Sequence record: NC_003214.2
DNA: 40,900 nucleotides
Strand: one strand, 5' to 3'
Below the pieces are notes generated by a model that was not told the origin of the DNA, did no database searches, and saw only the letters and a list, made by a program, of their open reading frames with translations. The translations under genes were made by a program, and so were the position numbers. This document shows, one piece after another, positions 34,500 to 40,900 of the stretch (the first letter of the stretch is position 1; each line of letters starts with the position of its first letter).

Positions 34500-35287
34500 A
34501 ATTAATTTACACCCAATGCAAAAACTGTGGTTATGAATGGGTAGTAGACCAGACTATCTATTATATGAAAAAATACCATGACATGGTATTAACAAAAACA
34601 TATTTTAAACCCGCACGATTTTACGTAGGAGACTGCAATACAATCTTCAATATAGCATATGACGGAATAGCTTGGTGCGACACTCCTAACAATATAGTAA
34701 CTAAACCATCGAACAGCCTAAAAGTAATAACAACATCAATATGGCTGAAAGAACATATGGAAAAGAAAGGTATATATGTAGAACAAGTGATACCACGAGG
34801 AATAAATGATGAAATGGCAAAAAAACACGTAAACTTTGACTTTAATGCGAGGAGAGGTTATGTTATAATTGCGAGAAACCTACCATATAAGAGAATAGAC
34901 AATACACTTAAAATGTTTGAAGGAAAACGAAAAGAACTAACATTAATAAGTGATCATTCTAACGCAGATTTCGATTTTTTCTCATTAAGTGAAGACGTAA
35001 AATATTATCTATTATCTCATGCACTTTTCTATATAGCGGTGAGCGATGCAGAAGGGTTTAGCATACCTCCAGTAGAGGCAATGAGTGTTGGTACACCTTT
35101 AATTTACATAAAGAAACATACATATAAAGAATACGGCTGTGGAATTGAAATGGATTCAATTGAAGACTTAAGAAAAATAGAAATTTCAAAAGAAGAGTGG
35201 GAAGACTTAAGTTACAAATGTTGGTATAAATCTTTACGATATCATTACATTACTGTTGGACAAGAATTGTGGGATTGGTTTAAGTAA
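34493..35287 (+). CDS. GT-B (GT4) glycosyltransferase; ATG 34493
   Basis: AVSDAEGFSIPPVEAMSVG; GGGGT SD. Confidence 0.9.
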   Translation: MVKLIYTQCKNCGYEWVVDQTIYYMKKYHDMVLTKTYFKPARFYVGDCNTIFNIAYDGIAWCDTPNNIVTKPSNSLKVITTSIWLKEHMEKKGIYVEQVIPRGINDEMAKKHVNFDFNARRGYVIIARNLPYKRIDNTLKMFEGKRKELTLISDHSNADFDFFSLSEDVKYYLLSHALFYIAVSDAEGFSIPPVEAMSVGTPLIYIKKHTYKEYGCGIEMDSIEDLRKIEISKEEWEDLSYKCWYKSLRYHYITVGQELWDWFK

Positions 35288-35606
35288 AAATCGTTTTCAG
35301 AATATCCTCAAACCCTGGAATAGATTTAAATACACGTGCTATATCCTCTGGTTTGTCATATTTTAAAAGGTAATCAGGATGAGCAGTTAATATCAATTTC
35401 ATTATAGCCAATTTATCCTCATCTGGTATCCTATTGGGATCGAACCCTATTAATTGCTCAAACATATACAATAATGTAATATCCACATGATTACCCCTAA
35501 GCCATTTAATAAGTGCATCAATAATGTGTATCTCAGCTTCGGAAAATTTAGAATTATGCCTATCAATAATTTTTTCGATCCTATCTTTTACAGGGTAATA
35601 ACTCAT
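35280..35606 (-). CDS. Helical hypothetical protein (108 aa)
   Basis: GGTAGG SD-like sequence; TATA upstream. Confidence 0.85.
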   Translation of the reverse strand: MSYYPVKDRIEKIIDRHNSKFSEAEIHIIDALIKWLRGNHVDITLLYMFEQLIGFDPNRIPDEDKLAIMKLILTAHPDYLLKYDKPEDIARVFKSIPGFEDILKTIFT

Positions 35607-35687
35607 TAATTATTTCCTACCCAAACAAGTATATAAATCTTCATGTCAGAAGAAAAATTAAATAAGAGAGAACAAAGAGAATAAAAC

Positions 35688-36164
35688 ATGATATCAATCG
35701 CAGATTATTTCAGACAAAAAGATTGTGATTATTGGAGAGAATACCCACATAGCTACGGTAAACTTGACGTATTTGGTAAAACAATACAAATAGTAGGAGC
35801 AGACTGTGGTAGTTCTGCATTATATTTCTTAATGAGAGGGGCAAAGTACATTATACAATATGAAAAAGAGGAACACCTTAGAAAAAGATGGGAAGAAGCG
35901 TGTAAATATTTTAACATATGTGACAAAGCAATGATGAAAAATGAATGGAATGGAGAATATGAAAATGCGGACATATTCGTAATAGACTGTGAAGGGTGTG
36001 AAGAACACTTGAACGTAGACATATTAAAAAAGTATGAACAGTGGTGTGTCGGAATACATGACTGGACAAAAAATAGGGTAGAGTTAATGAGAAAAATGGA
36101 AGGAACTATCTTTACATATGTAAGTGATGATGGCAGAGAAATGACTTTATGTAAAACGTCATAG
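35688..36164 (+). CDS. SAM-dependent methyltransferase, FkbM-like (158 aa)
   Basis: IVGADCGSSALYF...YE and VIDCEGCE motifs; promoter GAAAAATTAAATA at ~35651-35663. Confidence 0.8.
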   Translation: MISIADYFRQKDCDYWREYPHSYGKLDVFGKTIQIVGADCGSSALYFLMRGAKYIIQYEKEEHLRKRWEEACKYFNICDKAMMKNEWNGEYENADIFVIDCEGCEEHLNVDILKKYEQWCVGIHDWTKNRVELMRKMEGTIFTYVSDDGREMTLCKTS

Positions 36165-36869
36165 CATATGCTTTATAGAACTAACGAATTTCTTGAAGTC
36201 AGCGATAAGTGTATTGGCGAAATTTACATCACTCTGTGGGATTTCAATAATAACTCTTGGCGTCATTATTGCACCCAGTTCAGAGATACTGAACTGGTAA
36301 GAAAACACTGCATAAGGATCTGGAGGTGATTGAACATTAACACCAGACTCTTGTTCATATTCAATTATCTCATTATAATCATAAATTATAACATACAGAT
36401 TAAGGTTACCAGGGTAAACCTCCAACAATTGCCCCCATATTTTCTGTAAATTAACGAAACCGTACTCTGGAACCTCGATCATAGAGTTAGGAGGAAGCGA
36501 GAAAACAAAACCAACTATGTTTTTGCCAGATGAATCTCTTAATACGGCAAGCGAATATAGAGGAATGTTGTTAAGGTCATTGATATAATTTGACAAACCA
36601 TTAGCAAAGTAAACATCAGCAAAAGCGTTACCAAAGACGTAAGAGGGAACAGTAACCACGTTGTTATTATATATAAGCTCAGCACCCCTTAACAATGATA
36701 CATACTTCTTATCGCTAGTCCTATTAACAAGTATCCAATCAACTTCCCCTTGAGTTGCATTGTACGTGTAGTATAAAGCAAGTTCATTACTTTCCCAAAG
36801 TAGTTTAGCACCAGAAGGTATTTCGGAGAGAACTTTAACCTTAGAGACATCAGCTCTGAGCTTTCTCAT
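36159..36869 (-). CDS. Beta-rich hypothetical protein (236 aa)
   Basis: Long ORF; N/V/Y-rich. Confidence 0.88.
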   Translation of the reverse strand: MRKLRADVSKVKVLSEIPSGAKLLWESNELALYYTYNATQGEVDWILVNRTSDKKYVSLLRGAELIYNNNVVTVPSYVFGNAFADVYFANGLSNYINDLNNIPLYSLAVLRDSSGKNIVGFVFSLPPNSMIEVPEYGFVNLQKIWGQLLEVYPGNLNLYVIIYDYNEIIEYEQESGVNVQSPPDPYAVFSYQFSISELGAIMTPRVIIEIPQSDVNFANTLIADFKKFVSSIKHML

Positions 36870-36903
36870 AATAAAAAATAAGAAAAAAGAGGTTAATAAA
36901 ACT

Positions 36904-37593
36904 TCAATATACGTACTTTGAGGGAAGTAACTTCATCAATTCGAGAAAATCAGAATAAGGAAGTTGATAAATAAGCCTAGAGACAGAGTACTTAAAACAC
37001 CTTACTTCAAGCTCTCTAAGATATCTCATGTCACCAAAATTGGTAGGCTTGCCGTCCTGTATGATAGTATATTCAGGACTGAAATTATCATACCAGTCCT
37101 TCGAACAGATTCTATCATCATAAGGAGCAACAAGAACAACAATCTCTTTAGGGTTTACGCCATAACGCTCAACATATGCTCTAACAAAATAATTAGAAGT
37201 ATAAGGGCTAACAGACCAGTAAGATAAATACTTATTCTCTTTTTCATATGGTTCATTGACAATCATAAATGGAGTAAAAGCTAACACATATTCATTGATA
37301 TACTTTTTAGTAGTAGCACGATATATGTATTTACCACGTAAATCAAAATTGTTCCAAAGACGTAAAAATTCGGCAAGACCAGGAATACAAGGCAAATCAT
37401 ATTCTATATGAATTGTAAAAGATTCTTGCTCTAACGTAAAACCAAGATTCTGAATAAATGCCCTAACCCTATGACCATAACAGACATCGATGTATACATC
37501 ATAGTATTCCGTAAGAGGATAAACCTTCTTCCATTGTTCTAGAAGAAATAATTTCGAGTAAACGTCATCTACGATATCTTGATACCGCACCAC
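36904..37593 (-). CDS. Y-rich hypothetical protein (229 aa, GTG start uncertain)
   Basis: Long ORF overlapping the upstream gene end. Confidence 0.85.
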   Translation of the reverse strand: MVRYQDIVDDVYSKLFLLEQWKKVYPLTEYYDVYIDVCYGHRVRAFIQNLGFTLEQESFTIHIEYDLPCIPGLAEFLRLWNNFDLRGKYIYRATTKKYINEYVLAFTPFMIVNEPYEKENKYLSYWSVSPYTSNYFVRAYVERYGVNPKEIVVLVAPYDDRICSKDWYDNFSPEYTIIQDGKPTNFGDMRYLRELEVRCFKYSVSRLIYQLPYSDFLELMKLLPSKYVY

Positions 37594-38159
37594 ATCTTAA
37601 GGATTAAGCTCCAAGTTAATAAACCTTTATAATATTTTATTATGTAAATTCTAAAAATTTCATTTACGAGCTCTTTTAATTGATCGGGATCAGAAACAGT
37701 CATATTAACATTAACACCATTTACATAGACTGTATTACCAATAAGTTTTATGTAAGTAGGGATATTACCCAAAAATTTACAAGGAATGTACTCAAGACGA
37801 GGAATACTTACATCGCTAAACGTGATTTCAGAACTAGAATGGTTTATACCCAACTCTTTTATAACATCAGACGGAACGTAAACAAGGTAAGCTGAAGAAT
37901 CACCTGACATGAAAGTAAGCATTCTCTTTAAATCCTCGATATCTTTATAAGTTAAGTAATAGAATGACGTCTTACCATTATCAATACAATACTCATCGTG
38001 AGAGCAATGAATGCGTGTAGCGAAAGTGGGCTTTATGTTAAACACGTCATCAAAATCATCAAAAATACCGTTAAACTGTTGAATACCATCTGGAGTATAT
38101 ATAGTACCAGAAGCGTAATGCTTACTCTCTACTGACATAATGTATAACTCAGCAAACAT
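37569..38159 (-). CDS. Hypothetical protein (196 aa)
   Basis: TAATG coupling; GGTTGTTGG SD-like. Confidence 0.85.
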   Translation of the reverse strand: MFAELYIMSVESKHYASGTIYTPDGIQQFNGIFDDFDDVFNIKPTFATRIHCSHDEYCIDNGKTSFYYLTYKDIEDLKRMLTFMSGDSSAYLVYVPSDVIKELGINHSSSEITFSDVSIPRLEYIPCKFLGNIPTYIKLIGNTVYVNGVNVNMTVSDPDQLKELVNEIFRIYIIKYYKGLLTWSLILKMWCGIKIS

Positions 38160-38347
38160 TATCCAACAACCACATAACCATTCTTATTAAGGTAAGAAAG
38201 AAGTTGTTTTATACTTTCCTCTGGACTTAAACCTAGAATGATAGACACACTCTCAGCATAATGAATAATACCATTATAAGATACAGTATTACCTTTAATT
38301 ACTCCATTAAAACGTAAAAATTCAACAACGTCCTCAATAGTTCCCAT
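38159..38347 (-). CDS. Hypothetical protein (62 aa)
   Basis: GGTGA SD; operon packing. Confidence 0.82.
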   Translation of the reverse strand: MGTIEDVVEFLRFNGVIKGNTVSYNGIIHYAESVSIILGLSPEESIKQLLSYLNKNGYVVVG

Positions 38348-38348
38348 T

Positions 38349-38594
38349 TCAAATCACCATCTCAGCAACTACAAACTTATCTTCGATCTCTCTAGCAGAA
38401 GATAACTTAGTCCTTAAATCTGGATTCTCCTTCAATATCTCCTTTTCAACATGTTTAACTTTTCTACCCTCAATATAAGAAATAACATCGACTAAAATAT
38501 CGGCATAAGTTTGACGTTCAACTGAACTTGAAAACTCACGTTTAACTAAAACATTACCATTACCATCAACAACAGTTACGGTATGTATTATCAT
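38349..38594 (-). CDS. Hypothetical protein (81 aa)
   Basis: AGGTGAG SD. Confidence 0.85.
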   Translation of the reverse strand: MIIHTVTVVDGNGNVLVKREFSSSVERQTYADILVDVISYIEGRKVKHVEKEILKENPDLRTKLSSAREIEDKFVVAEMVI

Positions 38595-38597
38595 AAA

Positions 38598-38795
38598 TTA
38601 CTCACCTAATATAACAATTTTATCGGTAACTTTTAAAACATAACGTCCATCCCTCTCTTCAACAGAAACAGAGTAACCAAGGGACTTAAAATCCTCCATT
38701 AATGTCTCAAGATATGCCTTAGAAAAAACTTTTGAGGGAAGGATTAAAACCTTAAATTGTCTACCGTTTTCTTTCAGAAAAGTAAGTCCATGCAT
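38598..38795 (-). CDS. Small protein with a TusA/SirA-like pattern (65 aa; ATG 38795, GTG 38819 alternative)
   Basis: FKSLGYSVSVEERDGRYVLKVT. Confidence 0.7.
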   Translation of the reverse strand: MHGLTFLKENGRQFKVLILPSKVFSKAYLETLMEDFKSLGYSVSVEERDGRYVLKVTDKIVILGE

Positions 38796-38875
38796 GATAT
38801 AAAAAAAAGGATATACCACTTAAAAAGTTATCGGAAATAAACGCTTATTAGAGAGAAAAAGAAGAAAATAAAATA

Positions 38876-39172
38876 ATGAGATTATTTTCATTTAAGGGAA
38901 GAAGAAAAAAGAAATCCCTATTCGTACAATCTGAAGCAGAAATACCAATAAAAATAATGGTAGCAATAGGAAAAAGGCATGCAGTAGGAATAGCAGAACT
39001 AGGAGATCAATCGGCAACAGTAGAAAAGACATTTCTACCGTTCTTCAAACCTCCAGAACCAGAAGAAATAGCGAAAATGTTATTGAGCAAATTAGGAATA
39101 CCAGAAAACGAATGGGAGGAAATACTAAAAAATAAAACAGAATTACAAACTAACGAAACATTTTGGCGTTGA
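38876..39172 (+). CDS. Hypothetical protein (98 aa), basic N-terminus
   Basis: Consistent A-ending codon usage; divergent from the minus-strand operon. Confidence 0.75.
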   Translation: MRLFSFKGRRKKKSLFVQSEAEIPIKIMVAIGKRHAVGIAELGDQSATVEKTFLPFFKPPEPEEIAKMLLSKLGIPENEWEEILKNKTELQTNETFWR

Positions 39173-39479
39173 AATATACTCCAAGAGAAATATAGGAAAG
39201 AAGATAAGCCAAAGTAAGATAAAAGTATTTATACAGAGAAAGAGTGTAAAATATAAAAAAAGGAACTGGTAATGAGATAATATTGATGAACAAGATAACA
39301 GAAATGTCATGATATTCACGAAAATAAACGTAATCTTCATAAAAAATCCAAATAGGAAAAAGAAAAAGTGTAAAATAGTCAACGTAAACATTACAATGGG
39401 CTTTTAAAACAAGAAAATAGATCCATCCATAAAGCAAATATAAAGCCATGGCGAACCTCAAAGGGTGATGGATAATCAT
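39150..39479 (-). CDS. Hydrophobic membrane protein (109 aa)
   Basis: ATGA coupling to the 39476-39658 stop; F/Y/L/I-rich. Confidence 0.65.
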   Translation of the reverse strand: MIIHHPLRFAMALYLLYGWIYFLVLKAHCNVYVDYFTLFLFPIWIFYEDYVYFREYHDISVILFINIISLPVPFFIFYTLSLYKYFYLTLAYLLSYISLGVYFNAKMFR

Positions 39480-39658
39480 TTCTCACTGCCCTTTCCAGCT
39501 TGGTAACCGGAATGAAATACAATTGCAGTAAAAAAACCAATAAGTATATAGACCCAGTATTGGTCATTAAGTAGTGATGGATTAACAAAAGTAAGAAAAA
39601 TCATAAATGTAAATATGACAGAATTAATAAGATACATTATAACAGAAAAGTAATTCAT
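39476..39658 (-). CDS. Small two-TM membrane protein (60 aa)
   Basis: Two hydrophobic segments and a charged tail GKGSEK. Confidence 0.75.
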   Translation of the reverse strand: MNYFSVIMYLINSVIFTFMIFLTFVNPSLLNDQYWVYILIGFFTAIVFHSGYQAGKGSEK

Positions 39659-39685
39659 GATAAAAATAAGAGAAGAAAAGGGTAT

Positions 39686-40222
39686 TTAAATCTTTTTCGC
39701 GTATTTCACAAATCGAGTTATATATCGTCTAGGATACGCACAATCAAACTTCTTAAACTCGTTAAACATGGAAGTTACAACACGAAAATGTAGGACATCA
39801 TGAACAAAAAAATCAAGATAAGGATATGAAACAAGCTTAACTAAATTACTTTCTATAAGATACTTAGAACACTCTTTGACATGGATTTTGGATGCTTTTA
39901 TCGATGAAAGCGTAGGATAGACATATTGTTTAAAAAGATCAGAGTAAAGATTATAAAATATTTCAGCATGCTTAAAACATTTATTACCAGCACAAGAAAT
40001 ATCATAAGTTAGCAAATATTTATTAGAAAGTGGTTCTGGTACGTTATATTCGATGTAAATTAAACCGTTATTATAATCAATTTCGAAACTTGACTTACGC
40101 AATGTAATAAATAGATATAAGCCAAAAGAAGGACATAAAAATTTGAATCTATCAGGACTGAAATGAATATCAAAAATAGAAGAATGTATACCATGACGTA
40201 ATAAAGAAAGCAAACTGGGCAT
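39686..40222 (-). CDS. Hypothetical protein (178 aa)
   Basis: Long ORF; start uncertain. Confidence 0.75.
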   Translation of the reverse strand: MPSLLSLLRHGIHSSIFDIHFSPDRFKFLCPSFGLYLFITLRKSSFEIDYNNGLIYIEYNVPEPLSNKYLLTYDISCAGNKCFKHAEIFYNLYSDLFKQYVYPTLSSIKASKIHVKECSKYLIESNLVKLVSYPYLDFFVHDVLHFRVVTSMFNEFKKFDCAYPRRYITRFVKYAKKI

Positions 40223-40263
40223 TGGTAAACCATTAAAAAGAACGGGAATAAAAAGCTTGTCAT

Positions 40264-40297
40264 AAAAATGTGATAGAATTTATTCTATCACATTTTT
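40264..40297. promoter_or_regulatory. Perfect 16-bp inverted repeat AAAAATGTGATAGAAT-tt-ATTCTATCACATTTTT
   Basis: All 16 pairs checked; directly upstream of the last minus-strand ORFs. Confidence 0.9.
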
Positions 40298-40356
40298 TAC
40301 TCGTTAATTAAATGAAAAAATGTAAACTAGAACGAATGAGTGAAGTAAGAAGAACG

Positions 40357-40900
40357 AGAACGAATGAGTGAAGTAAGTCAAATGTGTAGTGAAGTAAGAA
40401 AAAACGAAAAAGAATGAGTGTAGTATCCAGTGTGGCATAATTAGTAAGGACGAATTAAGGGAGAAATAGTACGAGTTGAGAAAGAGGTGTGAAGAAAGGA
40501 CGAACGGGGAACGAATGAGTGAAGTAAGGGAAAATAAGTAACAAATATGAAGTAAGTGGTACGAGAAAAATTCAAAGAAGAACGAATATAGGGGGGGTTG
40601 AATATATCTATATAATAAAAGAGAGTGAATGAGTGAAGTAAGAAGTAAGAAATGTCCGTATATAGTACGAAATACCCGTATTAAGTACTTAGTACGACGT
40701 ATCCGTGTCTAATACGTTATACGACGTATCCGTGTCTAATACGTTATACGACGTATCCGTGTCTAATACGTTATACGACGTATCCGTGTCTAATACGTTA
40801 TACGACGTATCCGTGTCTAATACGTTATACGACGTATCCGTGTCTAATACGTTATACGACGTATCCGTGTCTAATACGTCTTATAAAATTTCTCTCTCGG
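40357..40900. repeat. Right inverted terminal repeat
   Basis: Reverse complement of 1-544, with one extra terminal G at 40900. Confidence 0.97.
40693..40879 (-). repeat. Seven tandem 27-bp terminal repeats (mirror of 21-207)
   Basis: Same unit and copy number as the left end. Confidence 0.98.

Noticed and set aside
39143-39391. 82-aa hydrophobic ORF
   Set aside because: Overlaps the ATGA-coupled 39150-39479 ORF in another frame; likely a product of the T-rich strand.
40060-40263. 67-aa hydrophobic ORF, and a possible -1 frameshift into the 178-aa ORF
   Set aside because: Mostly overlaps the 178-aa ORF; the T-runs are only five long, so there is no canonical X XXY YYZ slippery heptamer. Translation cannot be excluded, since its ATG abuts the palindrome.
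1-40900. tRNA, rRNA, integrase, transposase/IS, DNA polymerase
   Set aside because: No recognisable motifs or structures found by eye.

Overview
This window is an essentially complete linear dsDNA genome of a crenarchaeal filamentous virus (Lipothrixviridae, Betalipothrixvirus). The 40.9 kb size, the paired major capsid proteins, the 112-aa DUF1374 protein and the 89-aa pyramid protein match my recollection of Sulfolobus islandicus filamentous virus (SIFV); this was not confirmed by a database search. Layout: (1) ~544-bp inverted terminal repeats, each carrying seven 27-bp tandem repeats; (2) 0.6-5.9 kb, a leftward replication/recombination block (rudivirus-type SSB-like protein, Sm-like protein, Hel308/Ski2-like helicase, Cas4-like nuclease); (3) 5.9-16.4 kb, an early accessory/anti-defence and regulatory island where most small genes have their own near-identical strong promoter, including AcrID1-family and AcrIII-1 (ring nuclease) genes, three paralogous ~100-aa proteins, an XPB-like helicase, four RHH regulators (one AvtR-like), an AEP-like ORF and a HicB-like ORF; (4) 16.4-25.1 kb, capsid proteins, pyramid protein and glycosyltransferases; (5) 25.2-34.3 kb, a rightward operon of S/T/N/Q/C-rich paralogous beta proteins, probably virion terminal structures; (6) 34.3-40.3 kb, a further GT, an FkbM-like methyltransferase and small unknown or membrane proteins. 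I recognised no DNA polymerase, integrase, transposase, tRNA/rRNA or true CRISPR array. Best leads for something new: a layered cis-regulatory code (an 11-bp upstream box exactly 22 nt from TATA, a TGT-N6-ACA operator family, a conserved 10-nt leader), the triplicated MV(E/D)V...IEV family in the anti-defence island, a possible solitary CRISPR-repeat-like unit at 10012-10035, a dual-coding region at 15103-15490, and three in-frame 12-bp duplications. All family assignments come from motif recognition by eye.
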